Below are positions 10,878 through 23,610 of a stretch of 64,000 nucleotides of DNA, piece after piece. The first letter of the stretch is position 1, and each line of letters starts with the position of its first letter. A model generated the notes under the pieces. That model saw only the letters and a list, made by a program, of their open reading frames with translations. It was not told where the DNA came from and searched no databases. This stretch comes from Carcharhinus amblyrhynchos (Eukaryota): contig OZ336887.1 in NCBI GenBank assembly GCA_965287045.1, positions 46,376,001 through 46,440,000 on the forward strand, read 5' to 3'. The position numbers and the translations under genes are program-made.

Positions 10878-11793
10878 GAGGCATGCTTGAATGCATTTTC
10901 CGTAATATTGGAAGAAGGTCTAACATCGGGACTTCGATGTTGTAGCCATTTCGGAGACATGGATAGAGCAGGGACAGGAATGGTTGTTGCAGGTTCTGAG
11001 GTTTAGATGTTTCAGTAAGATCAGGGAAGGTGGTAAAACAGGGGGAGGTGTGGCATTGTTAGGCAGGGACAGTATTACGGTGGCAGAAAGAATGTTTGAT
11101 GAGGATTCATCTACTGAGGTAGTATAGGCTGAGGTTAGAAACGGGAAAGGAGAGGTTACCCTGTTGGGAGTTTTCTATCGGCCTCTGAAAAGTTCCAGAG
11201 CTGTAGAGGAAAGGATTGCAAAGATGACCCTGGATAGGAGCAAAAGTAACAGGGTAGTTGTTCTGGGGGAATTTAACTTTACAAATATTGACTGGAAAAG
11301 CTATATTCAAGTACTTTAGATGGGTCGGTTTTTGTCCAATGTGTGCAGGAGGGTTTCCTGACACAGTATGTAGATAGGCCAACAAGAGGCGAGGCTACAT
11401 TGAATTTGGTACTGGGTAATGAACTAGGCCAGGTGTTAGATTTGGAGGTAGGTGAACACTTTGGTGATAGTGACCACAATTTGGTTACATTTGCATTAGT
11501 GATAGATAGGGATAGGTATATACTGCAGGGCAAGAGTTATAGCTGGGGGAAAGGAAATTATTATGCAATTAGGCGAGATTTAGGATGCATAGGATATGGA
11601 AGGAAACTGCAGGGGGTGGGCACAATTGAAATGTGGAGCTTGTTCAAGGAACAGCTACTTCATGTCCTTGATAAGTATAAACCTGTCAGCAGAGAGGAAG
11701 TGGTCAAGCAAGGGAACCATGATTTACGAAAGAAGTTGTGAAGAGGAAAAAGGAGACTTATGTCAAGATGAGACGTGAAGGCTCAGTTAGGGC
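10878..11793 (+). mobile_element. CR1 ORF2 fragment: APE-type endonuclease
   Basis: DVVAISETW, GGGVALL, FYRP, GEFNF, PTRGEATLNLVL and FGDSDHNLVTF motifs; collinear with 29020-29990. Confidence 0.92.
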
Positions 11794-11893
11794 ACATCCT
11801 CTCCACATCTACTCTATCCAGGCCTTGCAATATCCTGTAAGCTTCAATAAAATCCGCCCTCATCCTTCTAAACTCTAACGAGTACAGACCCAG
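11794..11893 (-). mobile_element. CR1 ORF2 C-terminal fragment in opposite orientation
   Basis: Reverse complement encodes LGLYSLEFRRMRADFIEAYRILQGLDRVDVERM. Confidence 0.85.
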
Positions 11894-12472
11894 ATCTTAC
11901 ATCAATTTCAGGCAATGAAGCCAATCTCTCATTTTCAAGTTTGCCTGAAAATCACACCAGATCGGCATTGGGTGTTAAAGCAGAGTTTGGATGCCATTTG
12001 TGATGTTCAACTGACAGCCTCCATTTTCTGATGTAAAAAATGTGCCATAAGTTGAATATTGCTCCAGACCACTTCTTGAATGCAAACCACTCAGCAAGCA
12101 CTACCTTATATCATTAAGGTCTAAGGGCAGTCAAACTGGTAAAAAGAATTCAACTGGCACATACTTTGGGATTTTGTTTAAAGGGCAAAGAAACCAACAG
12201 CTTTTAAAGTAATCTCAAACCATATAATATCTAAACTTTCACTGACTTGTTTTCTTCCACATGCATCATTAAACTGAGCAACTAAATAGTAGGCAGATTT
12301 TTTTCACAGAAGATCAGCATGTTAAGAGAAAAGCCACTGTATAAAATTTTGTAGGAATTTAATTTTAAAATGACAGTTTAACAGATATAAATTTAAGCCA
12401 GAATGTTCTCGTGAAGCAAATTCCGTGCTGCTTAGGATTGTCCTTGCTTAAAATAGTGCGTTTCATCATTAC

Positions 12473-14373
12473 CTTCATTTTTCCACCCATCAGTAAATAA
12501 ATATGTGTCCCCAAGTCACTCAATCTGAAGAGGTTGCAATTTTAATTGGTGTATTTTAAACAGCAGAGTCAGATAAAGCATCTAACACACCAAACATTTG
12601 AGCATTTTTCAGTTTCACAGTATGTGCTGCAGAGATTTTTTAAAAAACAGATTTCTGTCCATTCTTCCTACTTACTTAATATTCATAGCTGCTCAAATCT
12701 ATTTTGGATCAGGGCAAAAACAAATCTTTCATTCATGATTTTAAGCTTACAAGAAATGATACTTCACCCATGAATGCTATCAAAATGCAATACAATGTTT
12801 CAATAGCAAAACTTCATGGAAAATGACTACTTCCCACATACAATATCCATGTCACTTACAGCCTCTCAGCAACTTTTGACTCATTCTCTCATGAAACATC
12901 TGGTGGGCATTTAATTGAACCAATCCTTTGGAGTTCAGACTGTGCAATTATTGCGATCTTTATATTCTCTGGAGTGCCTCACATTATTTTGAGTACAGCT
13001 AACAAACATACGTGCAAAGTTTGCATCTGCCTAGTGGGAGTTCATTAGCACCAGCAGAAGCAACCAGCCATTCTCAATTCACTAATTGCCAGTGGGTTAC
13101 AGTTGTATCATCAGTGCTATTTAAAAGTAACTTTAAAAATCATTAGTGCATAAGCTTATTAAAATAGCGCATTCTAATTGGTTGATGAACAAATATTACT
13201 CTCTCCCAGTAGAGATAAAAATTCTAAGAACTGTACTAACTTACTGACAAAACCCTGCAAGTGCTTTTAAAGGCATCATACATGAAACTACAATATTCAT
13301 TTCTGGCTTGTTCTCTGCTGGAAAATAAAGCTCAAAGTGACAACCTCATTAAACACGTGTTGCCTGTTCCAACAGTAAGCAAGCACAATAATCATATAAA
13401 TTTGTTGAATAATAAATTAGTGAGCATGAGGGCTGATCAAGTTATTTATTTAAAATCAGGGTCAACAACATGGTCATTTTTAAATCCCTCATACACTGAA
13501 GTTATAAACAAGACCACAAATTTCACTGAAAACTGACTTTTTAATATTAGAACCAGATATAACTACCAAAAGCACTCTGACTGGGTGATTTTAACCAATG
13601 TCATCTCCAAAGATGGAGGCACTCAAAAAATGATTATTACCAGTCAGTATTAATGAAAAGGAGACGCAAATATGATTGGAAATGAACAGACTATCTATAT
13701 TTATATGGTTGGTAATCAATAACCACACATTATAAATGTATGATAGGGAGCCAAGACGATGACAACACGTGCCAAGTTAATTCTTCGGCCAGACTAGAAA
13801 TAATTGAAATGTCCAATATTTGATACATAAAAATGAACAGCATCACAAATCTAACGAGTCAAATATTAATAGTATCACTAAATCTTTAACAATCGGGGCC
13901 TGCAAGCAAACTGAAAAACACTATTTATGCAAATATTTCCTGTCTACATCCATCCTCCATAGCCCACCCATTCAATAAGTAGTGGCACAGATGTTTTTGC
14001 TCCATTTCCAAAAAGGTTGGCAGTTGCTCCTTTAAGGAAAAAACGTCACTTGACATCTAGTAATACAGGCTGGATGATGTGTAGTGTTCGCTTCATCCAT
14101 CGGGTACTTGAAAAATCCCTATAGGTCTATACCTTGCATGAGATCATGATTTAAGTATTTAAATAAGCCTCCTGCCCTGCGGGAGGGATGCTCAAATATT
14201 TTACAGCCCACCCAAAATCAAACCAGAGAGATCTTGGATGGGCAAAGAGTGGTAAGATTTTTCTGTAAATTAAAGTGAAATCTTTTTCAATGTGAATGAA
14301 GCAGCAGGCAAGCAAAAATTCCTTCCTGTGCTTTCCTCTTCTGTACTCACTCATAACATTTCCTGTAGCAAAA
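12473..14373 (-). other. Candidate chain of small host-gene exons (14351-14373 or 14351-14362; 13245-13317; 12473-12524), product unrecognised
   Basis: Each piece is flanked by a pyrimidine-rich ...CAG acceptor and a GTGAGT, GTAAGT or GTAATG donor. Joined, they are open in one frame (...GNVMTENKPEMNIVVSCMMPLKALAGFCQLSDLGTHIYLLMGGKMK). No homology recognised. Confidence 0.25.
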
Positions 14374-14624
14374 CTGCAAAAATGACAGAGCAGAACAGCT
14401 ATGCATTGGGGCTCTAACAATCTTCGCTCAGGAGTGAGAAGATTCAAATTTAATCTTATGATTTACTATGTGGGTTGTTCCAAATTTCAGGCATACTGAT
14501 GTGGGAATGCAGCAAGCAGAGAAAGACACTGCCTGACATGGGTGAGGGATCCATTTCACCTCCTTTTCTTACTTTCTTAGCATTTAATCTGCATCTGCAG
14601 AAGGCTGATAATAAAGCTCCATTA

Positions 14625-14930
14625 AAGGTTGACCAGAAACAGAGTTGATGGATGGGAAGTCCTCACTGCTGACCAGACTGCCTGGAAACAAACTGTCAGG
14701 AAGGGTGTGGAAGAAACAGATGACAAAATAAATGACCAGATGATGGAAAAGGCCTCATTGGAAGAAAAAAAATCACCAGCCTTGCGCCAATCTCATTCAG
14801 CTGCACCAGCTGTGAAAGGGACTGCAGCTCATGAATTGGTCTCTACAGCCACAGTAGACAATGCTCAATCCAGGAGTGACATAACCCAGGGCACAGTCCA
14901 TTGTCTCCCAAGACAGAGTGATGCCATTAA
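14625..14930 (+). mobile_element. RTE-clade LINE 3' end
   Basis: DGWEVLTADQTAWKQTVRKG followed, after a frameshift, by FSCTSCERDCSS*IGLYSHSRQC, the RTE C-terminal Cys/His motif. Confidence 0.8.
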
Positions 14931-16424
14931 ACTTGCAGGTGTATTTGACCTGACAACAAGTTTTCCTTCTCTGGCAAGCAAAGTGGTCACAGAGGAAAGG
15001 AAAAACCAGAGAATGAAAAAGCTCTACTATATAATGTTAATATTATACTTTAATATTAAAACAGAGCTGAAGAAGCTTATACAAATCAATATGGATTATT
15101 CAACAAAACTTGGATAAAACTGCTAAACATTAATTGAAATAGTTCAAAGTCAAGTCCAGTAAACATTTAATATTCTAACAAATTTACATATAAATACATT
15201 TTTCCTTCAGTGAGTACTCTACACTGCCTATTCAGTAATTTCTCCACAATAATACCAACTAATTATTTGTTCAGTGAATGTTAAATATCTATCACCAATT
15301 CCTCTTCTTCTGCCACACTAGCACCATCACTGCTACATGCCTGCAGGAAGGTACAGCCAAGTTTCAGGCTACAGTTAATATCCCTGAACTTGCAAAAGAT
15401 TGCAGCTGCGTTGTAGGTAAATAAGTAAAAGTTGGTGGTATCTGCTCCAAAACAAGCAATACTGCATTAGATACATTTTGTACACACTATTGAATATCAC
15501 TGTCAAAGCAGTAGTTCTTTTTATAGTTTTTGTATTAGAGTTTAAGTTGATTTGCATGTAAACATCAACGTATCTCACTTTGAGAATAAATGAATTAGTA
15601 TGAATAAAATTATTCAATATTTCCCATAAGTAGTTCTATACAAATTACAAAATTAAATGGATATTTGTAATACTAACATTATACGGCATTTCAAACGAGC
15701 AATTAGACCTGACTTAATTGTAGTTTTCATAATCTTGCCTAATTAGACTGGCAATTTCCTGTTAACCTTTAACTATACATCCATGTTCCCATGATATTTT
15801 TATGATGCATGTTCTTGTTAGACTATCTGGGAGTTTTCAATCCTGGCAGTAACTTTACTGCTGAATATATGTTTACTGTGTGAACCACAAAATTCGGATT
15901 CAGTGAAGACCTTTGAAGCACAAAGTTTTTATCTGCTCCATCAACTTAATTTCTTTAGGGAGTAAAAAGAGCAGTTATTCATTTGTGAGTCGTGAAATCA
16001 TTTACAGAGAGCTGGAGCACAGCTTCAGGTCCCAGCCAACTTGACTATAAGCCACTTATTGCACATTGCATTACAAGGAAAAAATAGCTGTGATCCAGCA
16101 TGTGACGTATACATACATGCATAACAAATTTACAATATTACAATTCCTATCATGACTTTATATATTTTGTTGCAAGATATTAGCAGAACGGTTAACAGAA
16201 TTATGGGTCACATCTGGCACTGTTTATCTGTTTTCCAATTTATACTGCAGATATAGTAATCTGAAACTGGTAGTGCAGCAAGGTTCTGCAGATTACAACT
16301 AATGTCAGGTTAACTGTGGTATATTTACATAACTGGCTTCATAGCCAGAACATTTCCCTGGTGTAAAAGGCACTAATGAATAGGTAATCATCATCAGTAA
16401 AATTAATGAATTTGTTTCTGTTCA

Positions 16425-17866
16425 AAGAATAGTCCAATACAAGAACAGGCCATTCGGCCCTCCAGGCCTGCACCGATCACGTTTATGTATCTAAATCTGT
16501 TAATATCCCTCTATTCCCCATTTGTCCATATGCCTATCAAGATAGCACTGCATACCAGGCCCCCACCATTCTCTGTGTGAAAAACTTCCCCCGCACATTT
16601 TCACTGAACCTTTCCCCCCTCATCTTGAACTTGTGCCCCCTTGTAATTATTATTTTTGCCCTGGGAGAAAACTTCCAACTCTTCACCCTATCAATACTTC
16701 TCATAATTTTATAAACTTCTATCAGGTCGCCCTTCAGCCTCCACCTTTCCAGGGAGAACAATCCCAGTTTATTCAATCTCTCCTCATAACAAATACCCTT
16801 TGGCATACAGTGTGTTAGCTTTTATTGGTAGAGGGATTGAGTTTCAGAGGCATGAAGTCATGTTGCAGCTGTACAAAACTCTGGTGCGGCCGCACTTAGA
16901 GTATTGCGTACAGTTCTGGTCGTCGCATTATAGGAAGGATGTAGAAGCATTGGAAAGGGTGCAGAGGAGATTTACCAGGATGTTGCCTAGTATGGTGGGA
17001 AGGTATGATGAGTAAAGGCTGAGGGACTTTAGGCTGTTTTCATTAGAGAGAAGAAGGTTAAAAGGTGACTTAATAGAGGCATATAAGATGATCAGAGGAT
17101 TAGATAAGGTGGACAACAAGAGCCTTTTTCCTCAGTGGAGGCGGCTAGTACGAGGAGACATAGCTTTAAATTGAGGGGTGATAGATGTAGGACAGATGTC
17201 AGAGGTAGGTTCTTTACTTAGAGAGTAGTAAGGGCATGGAATGCCCTGCCTTTAACAGTAGTGAACTCGCCAACTTTAAGGGCATTTAAATGGTCATTGG
17301 ATAATCATACGGATGATATTGGAACAGTGTAGGTTAGATGGGCTTTAGATTCGTTTCACAGGTCGGTGCAACATCGAGGGCCAAAGGGTCTGTACTGTGC
17401 TGTAATGTTCTATGTTCACACCAGGAAACATCCTGGTAAACCTTTTTTGCACCATCTCCAAAGCCTCCACATCCTTCTGGTGGTGTGGTGACCAGAATTA
17501 GATGCAGTATTCTAAATGTGGCCTAACCAACATTTTATATAACTGTAACATAATTTGCCAACTTTTATACTCAATGTCCTGTCCGATGAAGGCAAGCATG
17601 CCATATGCTTTTTTTTAATCACCTTTTCCATTTGTGCTGCCGCTTTTAGGGGTGTGTACCTGTACTTTCAGATCTCTCTGTGTGTCTATGCTCCTGATTG
17701 TTCTACGTTTTGTTTTATAGCTCCTACCTGAATTGGATCTACCAAAATTCATCACCTCACATTTGTCCGGATTAAATTCCATCTGCCATTTGCCAACCAA
17801 CTTTCCAGTCTATCTATACCCTGTTGTATTCTCTGATAATCTTCATCACTATTCGCAACTCCGCCA
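16425..17866 (-). mobile_element. 5'-truncated CR1 LINE interrupted by another CR1
   Basis: Minus-strand ORFs 17615-17800 (WQMEFNPDKCEV) and 16537-16806 (YEERLNKLGLFSLE) are split at 16800/17419. Confidence 0.9.
16801..17418 (+). mobile_element. 5'-truncated CR1 nested in opposite orientation
   Basis: AYSVLAFIGRGIEF...RPHLEYCVQFWSSH; tail ctgtaatgttctatgttc. Confidence 0.92.
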
Positions 17867-17957
17867 GAGGAAACTATGTGGGGGTGTGGTTGTAATGTCA
17901 GAGCAGGTGGTGTGAGGGAGAGCAGAAATTCACACAGATAATGATGAGCACCGGGAT

Positions 17958-18007
17958 GGAAGTCACAGATACATGGAGTGACGGAAGTCACAGATACATG
18001 GAGTGAC
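17958..18007. repeat. Perfect 25-bp tandem duplication
   Basis: ggaagtcacagatacatggagtgac occurs twice. Confidence 0.95.
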
Positions 18008-18069
18008 GAGTGTCAAGATTCTGTTAGAACTCCTCAGTGCTCACAGTGGTGCTCTTTCTCTTTCAGTCC

Positions 18070-20030
18070 ATGGTTCATCAGAATCTTTGAGCCTATTGAG
18101 TTGACCTTTCTACTGGTCAAGATTTTCCAACAGCAGAGACAACAATGTTCTGCTATGCATGGCTAGGACCACTGGCCTGTAGCTGTTCAGAGAGTAGGAC
18201 CACACGTGGAGGAACAACGCCATGCCAGAATTTTACAGCATTGATGTTCCTACGTTCAGTTATCCGAACTGCAGTGTTGTAAAAGACTGTGTCTGACCTG
18301 GGGGACAGTGGGCTACCTCTGCCACATATTGCATGAGCTGATACCGCACAGAACTGGAGGACATAGAATGACTGTGGCCATTAAAGTTATAGTCGCTCTG
18401 AACTTTCATGCTAGCATTTCATTCAAGGGCAGCACAGCATGTGTGATATCTCCCAGTTTGCCGTTCACAAATGTATTTGAGGCAGGGGTTGTTCTCTGGC
18501 AAGAAGGTTTTGAGGGGGCTTGCCGGCAGCAGGGTTTCTTTACTCTGACCTCAGTGTGGGAGAAACGTAACACAGCCATTCTCACACTCCACAAGAATGA
18601 AGCACTGGGACTGTACATGGGTCTGTGAGCTTGGCGGCATAAAATGATGGGGTCAAGGTTCTGTGAGTGAGCAAAGTGATTTATTATTTGCAACTATATA
18701 CAGTGCTGACTGCTCTACACTAGTGCCTACTTGTACTGTTGCCAATTAAATGCCTATCACTTCTTAATCTTCCTCAACCTCCACACGATGACTAGGTGCT
18801 TCTCCAAGCCTGCTGAATTCCATGCTCTATTACCTGAGATGACCTTGGTGGGTCTCCACTGGGAGACTTGGACCCTGAGGGGGACTTGGCCTGCTTTTAC
18901 GCAGCACAGGTAATGCAGCACTGCCCTCAGGGTCTCCTGAATGGAAGGCCCTGGGCTGTGCACCAGATGATCCAAATCTGCCCAGGTGTCCAATGGTCCT
19001 CCATAGGATAGAGGAGCAGCTGGAGTGAAGTCCAGAAGCCTCACCGCCCTGTGGCACAGAGACCTGTGGATTCCCACCAGTGCCTGCATCATGCAGTTGA
19101 AACCCTCAGACATGGACATCATGAGCTGAGCCACAGCATGGATATTTTCTGCCATAGAGTGCATGTCCTACACCAAGATCTCCACTGCGGATGTCTCACA
19201 GTGTTGTGCAGAGTTGACGGCACCATCTCTTCGGACATAACGTGATGGGATTCTTCCAATTGGCCTTCCAATTCCAGGAGGATGCTGTCATCTACTCACG
19301 ATTCTCATGACTCTGCCTTTGCAGCTCCACAGCTCTGGGATGACTGGGTTCAAGGGCACATCAGTAAGCAGATGCCTAGCAGAGTCCTGACCTCCAGCAT
19401 CCCTCCAATTGCTGAATCCCTGGTACTTCACTGCTTCCATTTGCTGCAGATCTTCAACTGTTAGGTGTTCATCAATGAGTGGCCCAGAAGCTTGTCTACT
19501 TAGTGATCCCACCAAGTGAGCATCTGCACCAGTGCTGGATGTTGGTGACAGCTGTGATGATTATTCAACAGTGGAGTCTGAGAAATCTCCCTCAGAGCCG
19601 CTTGTGGCCAGAGGGTGCAGGAGTATGAGGATGGTCTGGCCTGTTCAGCTATTTTGCCTGCAACAGAAGGGAGATGGCATTTGTGTGTTACAGGGGAAAA
19701 GAAAGGAACACTGATAACTCACTAAGAAATGACAGCATATCTTGAGGATTCTCATGTTTGTCTGCTGCCTGCACTTCACCATTAGCACAGGCACACTTTT
19801 CCTCCTGGCCAGCTCGAGGGCTCTCTCCTCAAATGGTGAACTCTAGCATTACTCTGGCTGGATGTGCTTGCTCACGCTTGCTGGGGTTGACTTTGTTTTA
19901 CAACAACACAGATGGAGAGAGTGTTAACATTTGAGATGGTGATGAGATGGTGTGGCAGGTATGGGTCTTGAGTGGGAGCTGGAATGTGAAGAGCATGGCT
20001 GCGAGTCAGGAGGAACATGATAGTTGGGGG
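18070..20030. mobile_element. PIF/Harbinger relic A: transposase N-terminal fragment (+, ~18200-18480) and Myb/SANT gene remnants (-, ~18765-19920)
   Basis: LCHILHELIPHRTGGHRMTVAIKVIVALNFHASISFKGS is HARBI1-like. The minus part is homologous to 38390-39470, 43800-45575 and 50600-51810. Confidence 0.75.
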
Positions 20031-20490
20031 AGAGGGAAGGAGGGTCTCCTTACAGCTGTTGGAAAACACTTCGTCAAACTCTGTTAAGATCACACCCCTC
20101 CCACCTCCCATCCCTGCCCCCCCGCACCTCCAGCTAGAGTTTTATAGCATGAAGAAAGGCCCTTTGACCAATCATGTCTCATTGGCCATCAAACACCGAT
20201 CTAGAGCAAGTCCACAGTAGTCTACAGTAAAGGATTGAAAAATGTGCTGTGTATTCTCTATTTTCATTGTCAGTCTGAGGCACTGACCTGTGCACAATAA
20301 GATTCTGATGAACACCTTAAATCTCATTTTGTTTATGAATCTCAGAGGCGCGAAACAGGAAGAGACTTGCTTTGCATTTGCAAATGACTGAAAACTTGGA
20401 AATATAATAAACTGCAACAAGGATAGTGGCAGACTTCAAAAGCACATAGACAGCTGGTAGAATGGATGTAGAAGTTGAAATTTAACACAA

Positions 20491-20594
20491 GGTGGAATTT
20501 TCCCATGGTAGGCGGAGGCTGACCATGCAAAAGTCCTTCGACCTTGGGTGGAAATTTACAGCCTTTGAGCAAGTGCAGCTGGAAAATCTTGCCC
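20491..20594. mobile_element. Short Harbinger-type MITE
   Basis: ggtggaattttcc...ggaaaatcttgccc inverted ends; interior similar to 41896-42021. Confidence 0.55.
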
Positions 20595-20747
20595 GGAGTG
20601 TGCAAAGTGATACATTTTGATTGGAAGAACGAGGACAGGCATTGTAAATTAATGGGTGCAATTCTGTAAAAGTATAGGAACTAAATGATATATAATCATA
20701 ATTATAATAATATATAAACAGCATAATTACATAATAACTATATAATT

Positions 20748-21218
20748 AAGCCTGTACCTATTGGAGTTTAGAAGAGTTTAGATCCTGAAGAGATTTGATC
20801 GGGAGGCAACTTCCATTTATGGGAGAGATCAGAACTAGGGGACACACTTTATGAATAAGAGGTCAACCATTTAATACTGAGGTGAGAACTTTTTTCTCAT
20901 AAAGTAATATATGTATTAGTCTGTATAATTCTTTCCCCTAGAAAGCAGTGGAGGCTGATCATTGAATTTATTCAAGGCAGAGTTTGACAGAAACTGGATT
21001 AGAGACAACTTCTAAATCAGCCATGATCTTATTGAATGGAGGAGCAGGCTTGAAGGGTTGAATGGCCAACTCCTGCTCCTAAGTCTTATGCTTCCATGTA
21101 GGAACAGAAAACTCTGGAGGTATATGTGCACAAATCATTGGGGGGGATGGCACAGTAAGTTAAAGGGACAGTTGAGGGGCATACAGGATGCTGGGCCTCA
21201 ATAAACAAAGGCATGGAC
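20748..21218 (+). mobile_element. Old CR1 fragments (3' end followed by an upstream piece)
   Basis: ttggagtttagaaga...actaggggacacac...cagccatgatcttattgaatgg...ctcctgctcctaagtcttatg, then aggaacagaaaactctggaggtatatgtgcacaaatcattg (QRDLGV region). Confidence 0.7.
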
Positions 21219-21382
21219 CTTTCTTTTCATCTGTGAGGCAGGATTTGTAAGTTGGGCCGTTTCCCAGCATCATGATCCCACCTCTGGTCTGGCAGTGCCC
21301 ACTCATGTTATTTTCATCATGGACTGAAAGGATTGGGCTGAAGTTAAATCCACACCTCTAGAAAGTGACCCAAGACAGAAAT

Positions 21383-21707
21383 TCATAGAAACCCTACAGT
21401 GCAGAAAGAGGCCATTTCGCCCATTGAGTCTGCACCAACCACAATCCCACCCAGGCCCCCATATCCCTACATATTTACCCACTAATCCCTCTAACCTACA
21501 CATCTCAGGGGCAATTTTAGCATGACCAATCAGCCTAACCCGCACATCTTTGGACTGTGGGAGGAAACCGGAGCACCTGGAGGAAATCCAAGCAGACATG
21601 AGGAGAATGTGCAAACTCCATACACACAGTGACCCAAGCCAGGAATCAAACCCAGGTCCCTGGAGCTGTGAAGCAGCAGTGCTAACCATTGTGCTATCTT
21701 GCTGCCC
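21383..21707 (-). mobile_element. HE1-like V-domain tRNA-derived SINE
   Basis: tRNA-like head with A/B boxes (gcacaatggttagcact...gggtttgattcc), V core (gtgtggagtttgcacattctcc...ctccggtttcctcccacagtccaaagatgtgc) and CR1-derived tail. Confidence 0.9.
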
Positions 21708-21717
21708 AAGTAGGTCC

Positions 21718-22040
21718 GTAGCACAGAACCCCTACAGTGCAGAAGGAGGATATTCAACCCATCAACTCTGCACTGTCAACAACCCCATCCCCTGTATCAC
21801 CACATATTTACCCTGCTAATCCCCCTGACTTACCCCCGACGCTGATGGGCAATTTAGCACAGTCAGCCAAACTAGCCAGCACAGTTTTGGACTGAGGGAG
21901 GAAACCAGAGCACCCGGAGGAAACCCACACAGACACATGGAGAACGTGCAAACTCCACACAAACAGTCACCCAAACCGGGAATCAAACCCGGGTCCCTGG
22001 CGCTATGAGGCAGCAGTGCTAACCACTGTGCCACCGTGCT
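21718..22040 (-). mobile_element. HE1-like V-domain SINE (tandem neighbour)
   Basis: Same head, V core and tail as 21383-21707 but diverged from it. Confidence 0.9.
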
Positions 22041-22491
22041 AAGGTGGCTGGATGCCAAGGCAGGCAAGTTAAAAGATTTGTCTCTGTTCACTGGAACATT
22101 GACTCAGTTTAGTAGTTTAGTGAGACACCCTAGCTGTCAGAGCTTCCCCTCCATGTTCCATGCTTCCATGATCCTTCCATACCCTTGTGTCCACTCACCT
22201 ATCCTGCCTCCTCAATTGCAACCCACCTCATTCCCACTCACTTAGAATTCAATATGTACAGAACTCTTCCCATGCCACTCGCCAGTAAATTCTTCTGGCA
22301 TGTTGAAATCAATGGACTTTTGGCTGGCTGGCCATATCTGCCACAAAGTGGCCTGGGAAGTCCGGTCAAAGTAATTTAACAATCACTTTGAAAAACCATT
22401 ATCTTTTTCAGTGATCCTAAAACTGTCAGGATAAACAAACAGCCATTCAAAAACCACTTCAAAAAGACAACAACCTTATTAAGTGGTTATA

Positions 22492-22599
22492 AAACATATA
22501 GAACATAGAACAGTACCGTACAGGCCCTTCAGCCCTCGATGTATTGCCAAGCTATGTCCAAACACAAGATCAAGCTATCCCACTCCCTATCATTCCGGT
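22492..22599 (-). mobile_element. Short CR1 3' end
   Basis: catagaacatagaacagtac...caagatcaagctatcccactccctat is the reverse of 25715-25816. Confidence 0.85.
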
Positions 22600-23610
22600 A
22601 ATATCAAAATAAATAATTCAACTCACAGGGCCTTTGAAAGCTATGGCAACACCTTTTGCTGAGTTGAATCTATTGGTGAGCTTTGGAGCTCAGACAAGCA
22701 TGCATAATACGATTCTATTGAATGACTGTATCAACAACCTCTGCTGAGGCGAATTTATTAATGGGGTTTGAAAGTCAACGAAGCATTCATAATAGAATTC
22801 CATTGTACATGTGGTACGAACAAAATTGCCAGAGATGAGAATGTTAAAATATTTTAAGTCATTCCAAGAGCTCAACCATCTGTTCAATGTTTGAAGCAGG
22901 GTAACAGACGTCTGAACTGTCAATAAATTAAAATATTTAATCATAAGTATCCACTGACACAGTCAAGCCTGAAGCATACTTCTTATTTTCGGCCTTTGTG
23001 TACCATCACCTTAGCAGGCTGCCCAAACCGTGTTTAATTGCATGGTCATTTATTTTCCAGGCTGAGATTCCAAAGTTTGCTACTCTGCTCTATTTAGCAG
23101 AGGTAGAAATAACCTTGCCTTCCAATGAGCCATCTCTTGGAGGTTGAGGGGTGGAGTGTCTTTTTTTTTAGCACCATAAAATTAAAGACTGTACAATTGT
23201 CAAAGTAATGTTTTGCATTTAAACCAGCATATAAATGGCAGCAGAAATGAAAACAGAAAGAGCCGGATAAATTCTAGAGGTCTGGCAGCATTTGTGGAAA
23301 GAGAAACAGAGTTAATTTTTTAAGCCTGTATGACTCGTCTTCAGAGCTAAAGATAGGACAAAATATCACAAAATATCAGGGAGTGGTTCAGGTGTAGCAA
23401 AATAGAAGGCCAGTGGTAGATGGGAGCTAGGAGAGATTTCAAGGAAATGTTCAGTGCACAAGACAGAGTAAGTTTTAATGGCTGTGTCAAGGACTATAGA
23501 AGGTGCTGCTGATGGCAGAATGTGAGAATAGGCGAATGGAATAGCAGAATGCGTAAATAGGCAAACAAAGTTCAGTGTTCAGTGAAAGCAAAACTAAAGA
23601 ACAACTGACA

